From the IMG/VR virus record IMGVR_UViG_3300015207_000465, positions 1-64,000 of that record: 64,000 bases of DNA; one strand, 5' to 3'. The position numbers and the translations under genes were made by a program. Under the pieces are notes generated by a model, which was not told the DNA's origin, searched no databases, and saw only the letters and a program-made list of their open reading frames with translations. The stretch is from a virus (taxonomy: Duplodnaviria > Caudoviricetes). Positions within the stretch are counted from its first letter, which is position 1. Every line of letters begins with the position of its first letter. Below, in pieces: positions 9,953-19,439 of this stretch.

Positions 9953-10393
9953 ATGACAAATAATTTTTATCTCTGTAACATCCTCACGGATTTTCAGCTC
10001 AAACTCTTAGACCTCATCCAGTGTCTAAGAGAGGACATCAAAAAAGCGGAGCTAAAGAACCCGCACCGCGACAATGAACCGATACTAACACTCCAGTACA
10101 GTTACATCGTGTCTTTGTTTGAATGCTCGCACGCCACTGTTAAAATCGCACTGGCCAGAATGGAGGAACTGGAGCTGATAACACAAGTTACTAAAAAGTA
10201 CAACCAGTGTACCACCTATCGGTATAACCCCAGCGTCTACGCCTCATTAGTCAGACAGGAAAAGAGGCGCAAATGTACCTTGACCACTGGGCGCAAAAAG
10301 CAGCGCGAAGAGGTAACAGCCAGCAAAGTGGTGAGATATATGAAAGGAAAAGCTATCACCAAGGCAGAAAAACTTAGGAAAAAGCCATCTTAG
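9953..10393 (+). CDS. Winged-HTH protein (candidate replication or regulatory protein)
   Basis: YSYIVSLFECSHATVKIALARMEELELI HTH-like segment; own TATCTTTG promoter motif at 9881. Confidence 0.65.
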   Translation: MTNNFYLCNILTDFQLKLLDLIQCLREDIKKAELKNPHRDNEPILTLQYSYIVSLFECSHATVKIALARMEELELITQVTKKYNQCTTYRYNPSVYASLVRQEKRRKCTLTTGRKKQREEVTASKVVRYMKGKAITKAEKLRKKPS

Positions 10394-10448
10394 AGGCTCG
10401 TAGAGCGCGTAAAATCTCTCGGATGAGGGATTGTATTTCTCGATAAAG

Positions 10449-10613
10449 AAAAGGCCGTACAGCGCATTATATGGCGTCGTACGGCCTTTTTAGTATCAAA
10501 GAGCCACTAAGGCCGTAGCGGGAATCCCCGCTACGGCTCGTTTTCAAGTAGTTATAGCTGGATAGAGCTAAAAATATGGGAGTGTGGCAACTGGAGAGCA
10601 GCCGACACTCCCA
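10449..10613. terminator. Three tandem hairpins between convergent genes
   Basis: AAAGGCCGTAC/GTACGGCCTTT, GCCGTAGCGG/CCGCTACGGC, TGGGAGTGT/ACACTCCCA. Confidence 0.6.
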
Positions 10614-10630
10614 CGAAATGAAACAAGCGG

Positions 10631-11905
10631 TTATCCGACATTAGAAACATAATGCTTTTGTAGCATATTCACGGAGGTACCACCATTCAAGGCTATCCTC
10701 ATTAAATTAGGGCTTTCACCCATACAAGCGTGCGTTAGAGCGGAACGCCTAAAGGTATAGAGCGTTAGGTCAAATTCTAATCCTAAGACCCTTTGAACTT
10801 TTTTTAGCCACACACGAATCATTTCGAGAGCGCGGTTTTTGCGATTGTTCCAGTTGTTCCAACTTTTAGCGTTAGTATAATCCCAGTCGTGTTCATTCAA
10901 CGCAAAGGGAAATATATAACCCTTAGAACTCTTGCCCTTGTATTTGGCAATAATCTGCAATGCCTTTTCAGAAAGTTCGGCCTTTGTGACTTTATCGCGG
11001 GACTTGGAGTTTTTTTTCTTTTCGGCCACATACCTCAAGTATGTCTTACCGTTCTCGGTAATTATATTGTCAGTGTGGGCGCGTATGCAATCCACTGGAC
11101 GTGTTTTGAGTTCATAAAGAAACATACACACATCGTGATATAGTTCCTTGTAGAAATCAGCCTTAACGCCACTTGGGGGGATTTTTGATAAATCCAACTC
11201 ACAGAACTGGCGGTATTGCTCCAGCGTTAGAGGGCACAGTTTTTCAACATCATCAGTCAAGGGCGCGCTATCGGCGTATCGGAAACGGAGCGAGTTATCA
11301 TTTAACTCACGCTCAAACGCCTTTTTATGGACTTGCTTGAATAGTTTCATCAAGTTATAATAGTTACTCCTACCCTCATTATCAGCAAGAGAGAGAACAA
11401 AGTTGCCGAACTGGATGAAATGACGGTTAGCAATATCGCCAATCGGAATGTTAATCAAATCTCCCTCACGTTCCAGTTTATGCAACAAGTTAACATAAGT
11501 TTGATATGCACGCGATGGACGCTTGTTGTTTTTTCCGTTCCTCATCTCATCTATTATTTGAGAGAGAAACCCGCCGAGTGTCAACACATCATCAGGCGCG
11601 GCGCCCAGTTTAAGAGCGTCGATGAATTGTTGAGGGGTTGTAATCTTAGGGTTAGCCAACAGCTTATCACAAAGGTCGCACACCCTGTCCAAGATTGGAT
11701 TATTAACTTTGGCCGTGTCTGTCCCGCTCTTGAACCGTTTAGCCTTTTTATCCCAAAAATCAAAATTTGGATTCGTAATGCCGTTAATGGGGAACGGCTT
11801 ACGCCCAGTGGACTGGCCTTTATAGCCAACTACAACGCATAGCACACCCTTTGCCACACTGGGAGCAGAGGGTGTGAGAGTGTAATAAATTTCTTGGTTT
11901 GCCAT
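10631..11905 (-). CDS. Divergent tyrosine integrase
   Basis: SAM-like domain, KTRPVD, YTFRRS and GTSVNMLQKHY motifs; adjacent to att. Confidence 0.85.
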   Translation of the reverse strand: MANQEIYYTLTPSAPSVAKGVLCVVVGYKGQSTGRKPFPINGITNPNFDFWDKKAKRFKSGTDTAKVNNPILDRVCDLCDKLLANPKITTPQQFIDALKLGAAPDDVLTLGGFLSQIIDEMRNGKNNKRPSRAYQTYVNLLHKLEREGDLINIPIGDIANRHFIQFGNFVLSLADNEGRSNYYNLMKLFKQVHKKAFERELNDNSLRFRYADSAPLTDDVEKLCPLTLEQYRQFCELDLSKIPPSGVKADFYKELYHDVCMFLYELKTRPVDCIRAHTDNIITENGKTYLRYVAEKKKNSKSRDKVTKAELSEKALQIIAKYKGKSSKGYIFPFALNEHDWDYTNAKSWNNWNNRKNRALEMIRVWLKKVQRVLGLEFDLTLYTFRRSALTHACMGESPNLMRIALNGGTSVNMLQKHYVSNVG

Positions 11906-12102
11906 TTATTTTTCCATCGTTTGGCAATTAATAACGATTCTTAGACCTTGCGACCCGAACAAATTCGCTCGATTGTTAGTCCTTAATCGGTTTTTAGAAC
12001 AAACGGTTTTTAAAATTTCAAAGCCGTTCACGGTGTTAACCGCCTAAAAATCCGTCAACTGCAAAAGGTCCAACCTTTAGTATAAAAGATTAGACCCTTT
12101 GG

Positions 12103-12117
12103 TAGTGGAGCTGGAGG
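12103..12117 (-). repeat. att core, copy 2; left end of prophage
   Basis: Identical to 8008-8022; ~100 bp from the prophage integrase stop. Confidence 0.8.
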
Positions 12118-12215
12118 CTCTACTGCAAAAATATCCATCCAATTTCACTCGTTGTAACTGACTTTCTTTTCAGCGATTTACGATATAATATTGACGGCTT
12201 TACTTTCATAGACTT

Positions 12216-13580
12216 TCATTCATCTTCATTTTCCTGCCCCACATTTTGCCCCACGTCTGCCCCAGCATTATCAAAGGCACTCATTGCCCTTTTTGCCGTA
12301 TCATCGACGATTTCCAAATACGGCTTCATGGCACGATAGTCGCTATGACCAGTCCATTTCATTACAATGCTTGGTGGAATACCCAACATAATGGCGTTGC
12401 AGACAAATGTGCGACGCGCTGCATGTGTGGATAACAATTCCCATTTGGGGTGAGTTTCGTCGATGCGGTTCATCCCCTTGTAGATTGTTATAGTGACAGG
12501 CGCATCAATCTTGCATTTCTTTCCTATGATTTTGAGGTAGTCGTTCATCTTCTGATTTGAGATGACCGGCAAAACCTTGTCGTCAGGAAACACCACATGC
12601 TCATACTTTTTCAGAATAGCCTTGGAAAACTTATTCAATTCAATAGTCAACGTATCGCTCGTCTTTATCGTAGTAAAGGTAAACGATGTGCCGTTGAAAT
12701 TTGAATGTCGAAGATTGCGCACGTCGGAATACCTTAAAGACGTGAAGCAGCAAAAACAGAACACATCCCGGACTTGCGATAGGTAATTCAGCTTGCCGAA
12801 ATCGTAATTGTAAATGGTCATAAGTTCATCCCATGTCAGGAATATAACCGCCTTACGAGCCATCTTGAGCCTTACTTTCTGCAAAACAAATTTATTCATG
12901 CCCACGTAGCCCTTCTCCTGCGCCCAACGGATAAACGCCTTAATAAAACCTATATCTTTCTTTATCGTTTGATTGGAAAGACCTATGCGATTTTCTTTGT
13001 CGGGTATGGATGACAAATGCGCAATAAAATCAGTCATGCCGGTTTCTTCCAACTGCTCAAATGTCAGTGTTGGCGACATAGCATACAGGTGGCGGCGAAT
13101 GGTCTTATTTTTCTTTAATGCGCTTTCACTCCAATGACCACTCCTAACATTATCCTGAATATACTTGTCGAAGATTGGAAAAATAGACTCGTCTTTGATT
13201 TCAACCGGTGCTTCTTTTTCTTCCGGTGTAGTCAGACGGGTAAATTCTTCCATAAACTGCTCCTTTGTCGGGACACAATCCTTTTCTTCAAACGACAAGA
13301 ATATTCCGTTTATAAGGATTTCAAAATCATCAATATCACGGTTAATGGTCGCTGCCGGGGTCTTGTTCTTTCCGTGTACCGATTTGGCACGACATCTTTG
13401 CAATGATAGCTCCCAGTATTCCGGATTTACATTATGATTTACACTCAAGCGCACACGCTGACCCTGCCAAGTGACAACACACCTTAATCGACCCTCCGGC
13501 TGTTTGGCTTTCTTGTCGGATTTGGCGGTCTGCTTCCTGACCTCTACGATAAACGAGATGCTACGCTTGATGGTAATCAT
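12216..13580 (-). CDS. int: Prophage tyrosine integrase
   Basis: TSLRYSD, THAARRTF and TGHSDYRAMKPY motifs. Confidence 0.95.
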   Translation of the reverse strand: MITIKRSISFIVEVRKQTAKSDKKAKQPEGRLRCVVTWQGQRVRLSVNHNVNPEYWELSLQRCRAKSVHGKNKTPAATINRDIDDFEILINGIFLSFEEKDCVPTKEQFMEEFTRLTTPEEKEAPVEIKDESIFPIFDKYIQDNVRSGHWSESALKKNKTIRRHLYAMSPTLTFEQLEETGMTDFIAHLSSIPDKENRIGLSNQTIKKDIGFIKAFIRWAQEKGYVGMNKFVLQKVRLKMARKAVIFLTWDELMTIYNYDFGKLNYLSQVRDVFCFCCFTSLRYSDVRNLRHSNFNGTSFTFTTIKTSDTLTIELNKFSKAILKKYEHVVFPDDKVLPVISNQKMNDYLKIIGKKCKIDAPVTITIYKGMNRIDETHPKWELLSTHAARRTFVCNAIMLGIPPSIVMKWTGHSDYRAMKPYLEIVDDTAKRAMSAFDNAGADVGQNVGQENEDE

Positions 13581-13594
13581 GGCGTTGTTCCTTT

Positions 13595-14245
13595 CTATAC
13601 CTTATTTATATCATTGGCTTGCGTGTAAATGTATCCGAGGACTGTGAAGATGCGACGCACGGAGTCAATAGGAATTTCAAACGGCTCGTAAATCAACTTA
13701 CCGTCGGGGTATGTCGCGCAATTAGATGAATACAGGGCGATGTGTGCTTCATCCTTGCCTTTTTGAACGCGCTTGACGATGCTGAACTCGTTTGTTTCCA
13801 CAAGGTAGTTATTGCCGGGTATAAGTAGGTTTGTATCGACTACGCGCTTCAATACGAGGATACACCCGGTAGGATACTCCACCATGTTGTCACTGGTGTT
13901 TCTTATCGCCATTTCAGCCTTTGGGAAGCAAGACCCCACATTTATTATATCAGCACAACGACCGCCCTCCTTATTATTCGCAAGCTCATCCGCGGAGTCG
14001 TATAAGGCAATCATGCCGGCGGCTTCGCTTTGCGTCATCGGGCCACTTTCAAACATAAGCCATTCGCGCCTTATTTCAGGGAACGCTTCAACAATCTTGT
14101 TGGCCAGCTTTGCGCTGATGCCGTGGCGACCGCTACGTATGTCGGTAAAGGTCTGCGCAGACGCTAAACCAACCCTTGCGGCCAATTCTTTCCATGTCAG
14201 ACCTGTCATCTGCTGAACTTGGATAAGTTTTTCTCCGTCAGTCAT
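13595..14245 (-). CDS. CI-like repressor (HTH plus S24-like domain)
   Basis: N-terminal HTH, SDNM..YPTG and IVKRV S24-like segments; divergent from cro-like gene. Confidence 0.85.
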   Translation of the reverse strand: MTDGEKLIQVQQMTGLTWKELAARVGLASAQTFTDIRSGRHGISAKLANKIVEAFPEIRREWLMFESGPMTQSEAAGMIALYDSADELANNKEGGRCADIINVGSCFPKAEMAIRNTSDNMVEYPTGCILVLKRVVDTNLLIPGNNYLVETNEFSIVKRVQKGKDEAHIALYSSNCATYPDGKLIYEPFEIPIDSVRRIFTVLGYIYTQANDINKV

Positions 14246-14254
14246 AGAGTTAAT

Positions 14255-14348
14255 AATTGTTAAATACTGATTGATGCTATTGCCAAATCAGTTTTTAGTT
14301 GTACTTTTGCGGTGTCGATACTGATTTAGAACTTAATAAATACTGATT
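14255..14348. promoter_or_regulatory. Immunity switch region with repeated TAAATACTGATT operator-like motif and TACTTTTG promoter element
   Basis: Motif at 14261, 14286 (reverse, 1 mismatch), 14317 (partial) and 14337; -7 box at 14302. Confidence 0.7.
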
Positions 14349-14415
14349 AAGTGATTGATTAAGTCCTTAATCTATTGTGACAACAAAGTTAATACTTATT
14401 TTGATTATAAACCAA

Positions 14416-14622
14416 ATGGAAATTAAGAAAATTAAACGCGGCGACAGATTGCAAGTAGCCCTTATAGAGCTATCAGTAGGCGAGCGTGTCAAAGTGCCGT
14501 ATCGCTATTTTTCTGAAAACTCTATCCGGTCAACCGTTTCACAGCTCAAGGTAGGCAAGCCCTTGGATTTCGATATAAACACGCAGTCAAATGTGGCGGC
14601 CATCATAACGAGGACAGCATGA
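14416..14622 (+). CDS. Cro-like small protein
   Basis: First rightward gene opposite CI. Confidence 0.6.
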   Translation: MEIKKIKRGDRLQVALIELSVGERVKVPYRYFSENSIRSTVSQLKVGKPLDFDINTQSNVAAIITRTA

Positions 14623-14942
14623 TGAGTGAGGTAGGAACTTTCGCAATCGGTCTTGACACGCCTATTCATTTGCTGACACCGCGCCAGCTTTTTGAAATGA
14701 TGACCGATTGGCAAGCGAAGACCCCAAAAGCAGAAGAAAAGCCACAACGACCGGAACGATGGTATGTGAACAGCATCGGCGAGCTTGCCAAGATACTCGG
14801 AACATCGGAGTCAACGGTCTATCGCATGAAAGCCGACGGCGTACTTGATGACTGCATCAGCCAGTATGGGCGATGGATGATGATTGATGTTGACAAGGTG
14901 CTTGAAAAATTTAAGCTGTCTAACCGACGGCGCAGGAAATAG
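14619..14942 (+). CDS. Excisionase-like protein (DUF3853 type)
   Basis: DTPIHLLTPRQL...IGELAKILGTSESTVYRMKADG.LD..ISQ.GR. Confidence 0.8.
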   Translation: MMSEVGTFAIGLDTPIHLLTPRQLFEMMTDWQAKTPKAEEKPQRPERWYVNSIGELAKILGTSESTVYRMKADGVLDDCISQYGRWMMIDVDKVLEKFKLSNRRRRK

Positions 14943-15027
14943 GGTGAGCCAAGAGAGGCAGTCCTTTGGCGAAAGCCATAAACACTAACATTCAAAGCCC
15001 GGCTAAATGCAAGCAAGCCGGGCATCT

Positions 15028-15129
15028 GAAAGAATAGCTCAGTTGGCAGAGCGGACATCAGTAAAACGGGGCAACCATGGAAATCCTCGTGGGGATGTCA
15101 GGTCGGTGGTTCGAGTCCATCTTCTTTCA
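15028..15129 (+). ncRNA. tRNA-like RNA with expanded (34-nt) anticodon loop
   Basis: Acceptor GAAAGAA/TTCTTTC, D arm GCTC/GAGC, stem GACATC/GATGTC, T arm GGTGG-TTCGAGT-CCATC. Confidence 0.75.
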
Positions 15130-15176
15130 CTAATGCAAGGCCGGAAGCAGTAAGACGGCACTAATAACTCACCAAT

Positions 15177-16130
15177 ATGATGGAAGACATCAAAGGGTAC
15201 GAGGTCGCACGTTTGCAAGACCCAACACCTATGCAGCTCGTTGAAACCATCGACAGCGCAGAAAGAGCCAACATCGACATTCAGGTCAGCACGGCTCACG
15301 CCTACCCGCGTAACTTGTCGCGGACAATAAACAACTCAATCGCCATCGCAACGATGGATAGGGAAACCGCCCAGACTTGCGGCTACGCCCTGCCACGTGG
15401 CGGTAAACCTATCACCGGCCCATCGGTACATTTGGCGAAAATCATCGCCCAGCAGTACGGCAACATGCGCGTGGAAGCACGTGTCGTAAACGTGACCGGC
15501 TCACAGGTAATCTCGCGTGGTACGGCGTGGGATTTGGAAAACAACTATGCCGTAGCCTTTGAGGTGCGTAGGTCAATCCTCACATCAAAGGGCGCACGTT
15601 TCTCGGAAGATATGATTACCGTTACCGGCAATGCCGCAAACGCAATCGCTTACCGAAATGCCGTCTTCGCAGTAGTGCCGAAATCAATCACCGACAAGGT
15701 GTATAAGGCGGCGCAGGAATGTATCACCGGCGACCTTTCTGACGAAACCAAACTCATCAAGCGTCGTGATGCGGCCATCAAGTATTTCAATGACCAGTAT
15801 GGCATTACCGAGGAAGAGGTAATCAAGCTCTGCGGCAAGCAGACGGTCAACCAGATAGGCGCGGAAGAAATCGCCCTTTTGCTTGGTATTCAGCAGTCGC
15901 TCAAGGATGGCGACACAACCGTAGACGAGGTAATGGCTCCCATCCGCAATAGCAAGGAGGCAAAATCAAGCAAGCTCACCGAAATGGCTAACCGCGCAGC
16001 CAAAGGCGCAAAGAAATCGCAGACAGCCAACCAGCCCACCGAGGCGTCGGCTGAAACAATCGACAAGGAAACGGGCGAGGTTAAGCCTGCCGAAAATGGC
16101 GGTATGCAAGCCCCTAACCCTCAAATCTAA
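15177..16130 (+). CDS. Putative phage recombination/annealing protein
   Basis: A.AYPR..YALPRGGKPITGPSVHLA phage motif; adjacent to lambda-type exonuclease. Confidence 0.6.
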   Translation: MMEDIKGYEVARLQDPTPMQLVETIDSAERANIDIQVSTAHAYPRNLSRTINNSIAIATMDRETAQTCGYALPRGGKPITGPSVHLAKIIAQQYGNMRVEARVVNVTGSQVISRGTAWDLENNYAVAFEVRRSILTSKGARFSEDMITVTGNAANAIAYRNAVFAVVPKSITDKVYKAAQECITGDLSDETKLIKRRDAAIKYFNDQYGITEEEVIKLCGKQTVNQIGAEEIALLLGIQQSLKDGDTTVDEVMAPIRNSKEAKSSKLTEMANRAAKGAKKSQTANQPTEASAETIDKETGEVKPAENGGMQAPNPQI

Positions 16131-16136
16131 TAAGCT

Positions 16137-16841
16137 ATGTCAAATCTGAATTATAATCAGGAACAGCGCACCCTTGATTGGTATCGCGCTCGCCTCGGCT
16201 ACATCACCGGTAGCCAAGTTGGTACGCTTATGAAAAGCGGAAGAAGCAAGGATAAGGTATTTTCTGACACTGCGCTCACCTACCTATATCAGCTTGCGGG
16301 GGAACGCTCCCTTAATGCCGAAATGGTCAAAGATGACGAAATGTTCAGCTACTACATCGACCAGACGAACACGCAGTCAAAAGCTATGCGCTTCGGCACT
16401 GAACAGGAAGAAAATGCACGTGCAATGTATATCACACTGACGAAACGCGATGTCAAGGAGGTAGGACTTTGCCAGCACCCCACAATCAAGTATCTCGCAT
16501 CTTCACCCGACGGAATAACCGCCGATGGCGACATGTTGGGCTGCATAGAGGTTAAATGCCCCACGCTGTCAACGTATAGCAAGTATGTTGCCGAAATTCA
16601 TGACAACGAGTCGCTCAAAAAAGTCAACCCGGACTATTACTATCAGTGCCAGAACCACATGGCCTGCACTGGTGCGGTATTCTGCGACTTTATTGTCTAC
16701 TGCCCATTCGTGGAAAATCCCATCCACATCGTGCGCATCTCACGCGACGAAGAAGCCATCGCCCTTATAATGGAGCGTGTGGAACTCGCCGAGCAAATCA
16801 TCGAAAGCAATTATTCACAACTTAATCCCCAAAGAGCATAA
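16137..16841 (+). CDS. YqaJ/lambda-type exonuclease
   Basis: QRTLDWYRARLG.ITGS, SSPDG, IEVKCP and YYYQCQ motifs. Confidence 0.92.
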   Translation: MSNLNYNQEQRTLDWYRARLGYITGSQVGTLMKSGRSKDKVFSDTALTYLYQLAGERSLNAEMVKDDEMFSYYIDQTNTQSKAMRFGTEQEENARAMYITLTKRDVKEVGLCQHPTIKYLASSPDGITADGDMLGCIEVKCPTLSTYSKYVAEIHDNESLKKVNPDYYYQCQNHMACTGAVFCDFIVYCPFVENPIHIVRISRDEEAIALIMERVELAEQIIESNYSQLNPQRA

Positions 16842-16843
16842 CC

Positions 16844-17185
16844 ATGGCCGACAACAATTCTATCCTGACAGGTAGCATCTGCCTGACGGACATCCCCAAA
16901 AGCCAAATGAAGAAAGTCATGTGCAAAGACGGCAAGGAACGCATCTTCTTGAATGTGGCCGTCATCACGAAGAAAACGCCCCGGACTTTCACGAACAACG
17001 GCGTAGCACGCACGTACACCCATTTCATCTCCTGCGCACCCAAAGAGGAAGAGCGCATTGATGGTGAAAACTACATCTTGGGCGACCTTGAAACACGTGT
17101 GTTCACGCCCCAAAGCCCGACTGCGGAAGACATCGCCGCCGCGCCCAGTGTCGCGCCCAACGAAACTCCCGACCCGCCATTCTAA
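16844..17185 (+). CDS. Putative ssDNA-binding protein
   Basis: OB-like GSICLTDIP..THFI..YILGD pattern with acidic PF C-terminus. Confidence 0.6.
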   Translation: MADNNSILTGSICLTDIPKSQMKKVMCKDGKERIFLNVAVITKKTPRTFTNNGVARTYTHFISCAPKEEERIDGENYILGDLETRVFTPQSPTAEDIAAAPSVAPNETPDPPF

Positions 17186-17204
17186 ATGTCAACCCGGCTA
17201 CATC

Positions 17205-17567
17205 ATGGAACACAATCCATGGTGTAGCCACAATTATTATCACATGCCGATGGCCAAGTCATTATCACACATCTTCAAGGCATTTCAAAAAACGAGCTTA
17301 TTCGGAAAATGGAATTTCAATAAGCTCCTACGACCCGCCGATAAACCTGTCGCCGGGCTTAATCTTACAATCTATTCTGACAAGATGGAATGTACGATTA
17401 CCGGCGATGAGATTAAAGTGGGCGGTGCGCTTGTAACCTTAATGTTGCGCCATGAAAAAGCGCATAGGATAATCAATAACGCAGTCGTAGCAGTCAATCG
17501 TGAAAAGGCACGTCAAGAAGCGGATAATGCCTTTAATGGCTTGACGGCTACCTTTAATCCAAATTAA
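17205..17567 (+). CDS. Hypothetical protein
   Basis: ORF in early operon; start uncertain. Confidence 0.55.
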   Translation: MEHNPWCSHNYYHMPMAKSLSHIFKAFQKTSLFGKWNFNKLLRPADKPVAGLNLTIYSDKMECTITGDEIKVGGALVTLMLRHEKAHRIINNAVVAVNREKARQEADNAFNGLTATFNPN

Positions 17568-17569
17568 AT

Positions 17570-17986
17570 ATGTTATTTGAAGCAAAATTAAGAGTCGAAA
17601 AGACCCTTGACTCCGGCGAACAGAAAGAGGTCAGGGAACACTACATCATGGATGCCGAACTATTCGCCGAGGCAGAAAAGATGATGTTTGAATTATATCC
17701 CAATCAGACCATCGACGTGTTTAGCGTCGCCCGCAGCGACATCAGGGAAATCATCAACGAAAAGGAAGAAGACAAGCCTTTCTTCAAGGCTACCGTCATT
17801 GACGTGTTTACGGATGATGAAACCGGCAAAGAAAAGGAAACCAAATACTACATGCTTGTATGCGCCGAGAACGTCGTAGAAGCTACCCTGCTTGTAAACG
17901 AATATCTCAAGCAAGGATACAATCTGCGCCTTGACGGAATAAAGCGTGTGAAAATTCTTGACTATATCCCGTATCAGCCGGCATAA
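17570..17986 (+). CDS. DUF4494-like protein
   Basis: FEAKLR.EK...G.QK.V.E.Y..DA..FAEAE; D.ETGKEK pattern. Confidence 0.75.
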   Translation: MLFEAKLRVEKTLDSGEQKEVREHYIMDAELFAEAEKMMFELYPNQTIDVFSVARSDIREIINEKEEDKPFFKATVIDVFTDDETGKEKETKYYMLVCAENVVEATLLVNEYLKQGYNLRLDGIKRVKILDYIPYQPA

Positions 17987-17998
17987 TCATACTGCGCC

Positions 17999-18832
17999 AT
18001 GTGTACTCCCAATCAGATAGTGGATGTGGGTTGGATACGCCTTTATCGCAAGATGACGGAATGGCGTTGGTATGGCTTGCCGAACATGATGGCTGTCTTC
18101 ATTCATCTGCTCCTAACGGCTAACCACAAAGACGGTTATAGCTTCGGTGTGGAGATAAAAAGAGGGCAAGTCTTGACATCGGAAGACGGCATTATGCGCA
18201 GCATCCGCATCAAGCGCGGAGCGTTGCGTGAATGTCTAAAAAAATTGGAACAATCTGGCGAAATTGTCAGAAATACAACCAACCGATACTCGCTAATAAC
18301 TGTCTGCAATTACGATAGTTACCAAGGCGGAATAAAGGCTAACAACCAGCAACCCGCCATCAGCCAACCAACGACCGAACATCAAGAAAACATCGAGCCG
18401 ACATCAGCCGAACATCAGCCAACCACAAACAAGAATAATAAGAAGAATAAGAATGATAATAATGAAAGAAAGGAAGAAGAGAGTATAACTCTGCAAAAAG
18501 CCAAGGAAGATTTTGATGCTTTTCGCAAAAAGTACCCCGGAACGAAGCGAGGGCTTGAAACCGAATTTGCAAATTTCAGAAAGAAGCACAAAGATTGGCG
18601 CGAGGTTATCCCTCTTTTGATGCCGGCGGTTTTATCCTACATCCGGCGAATGCAGGGAAGACCGCCCGAATACATCAAGCACCTCCAGACATGGATTAAC
18701 AACCGATGCTGGGAAATTGAATACGGAAACAATAACACAACGACAAATGGAAGCAATCGAACTAATCAACAGAATGGTATATCTCCAGCCGGATATGGCA
18801 TCCAAATGCCAGACGGAACTGAATATCATTAA
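17999..18832 (+). CDS. Replication initiator (lambda O-like) with internal origin
   Basis: GWIRLYRK..EW.WY, KRGQ, TNRYSLITVCNYD.YQ; C-terminal YP..R..YIKHLQTWIN...WE. Confidence 0.88.
   Translation: MCTPNQIVDVGWIRLYRKMTEWRWYGLPNMMAVFIHLLLTANHKDGYSFGVEIKRGQVLTSEDGIMRSIRIKRGALRECLKKLEQSGEIVRNTTNRYSLITVCNYDSYQGGIKANNQQPAISQPTTEHQENIEPTSAEHQPTTNKNNKKNKNDNNERKEEESITLQKAKEDFDAFRKKYPGTKRGLETEFANFRKKHKDWREVIPLLMPAVLSYIRRMQGRPPEYIKHLQTWINNRCWEIEYGNNNTTTNGSNRTNQQNGISPAGYGIQMPDGTEYH
18357..18480 (+). repeat. Iterons (11-bp period) plus A-rich tract; probable ori
   Basis: ACATC at 18379, 18390, 18401 and 18412, CCATC at 18357; followed by AAGAAT-rich tract. Confidence 0.7.
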
Positions 18833-19439
18833 GACAGTCTTCTTTGACACCCTTAAAAGTGTCTGCCATGATTTTGTCGTTGACGATGACAACCGCGCAA
18901 TCGTAGGCGACTTATTCAACTGGTGCATACGGAACACAAACGGCCATCTTGACCCCCGCAAAGGCTTATGGCTTTACGGCAATATAGGAACAGGCAAAAG
19001 CACATTGATGAAAGCCATAATCAAGTTTGCCGGCGATTACTGGCTACGCGATAGCGGTGAACACATCAAGCCACGATGGAGCAACGTGCCGATGTTCTGC
19101 GGAAGATATGCGATTGACGGCTTCTCGGTCTTCGATAGCATCCCTATGGGTCTTGATGAGCTTGGAACGGAAATAGCCCCCACAAACCATGTAGGCAATA
19201 AGCTGAATGTAGTGGCGCATCTGATAAACACCATCTACGACAACAACAGCGACATCCCCTATATCGTGACCACCAATCACACGCTCAAGGAAATACTTAA
19301 TCTTTACGGCGCGAGAACGGTAGACCGCATCGGTCAGCTTTTCAACCTTGTTGAAATCAAAGGTGCGACAAAACGCGATACATCTGCGATATGGAAACTC
19401 ATAAAAGAAGAAGACGAAAGGAGTAAAAATCCCCAATGA
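18747..19439 (+). CDS. DnaC/IstB-like P-loop ATPase (helicase loader)
   Basis: GNIGTGKST Walker A, LDELGTE, VTTN; overlaps the rep 3' end; start uncertain. Confidence 0.85.
   Translation: MEAIELINRMVYLQPDMASKCQTELNIIKTVFFDTLKSVCHDFVVDDDNRAIVGDLFNWCIRNTNGHLDPRKGLWLYGNIGTGKSTLMKAIIKFAGDYWLRDSGEHIKPRWSNVPMFCGRYAIDGFSVFDSIPMGLDELGTEIAPTNHVGNKLNVVAHLINTIYDNNSDIPYIVTTNHTLKEILNLYGARTVDRIGQLFNLVEIKGATKRDTSAIWKLIKEEDERSKNPQ

Larger units (their letters stand above)
8008..12117. mobile_element. 4.1-kb minimal integrative element (integrase, RuvC, two HTH-like genes)
   Basis: Bounded by 15-bp direct repeats; CCGAACAAA arm-like sites at 8077, 8090 and 11955. Confidence 0.8.
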
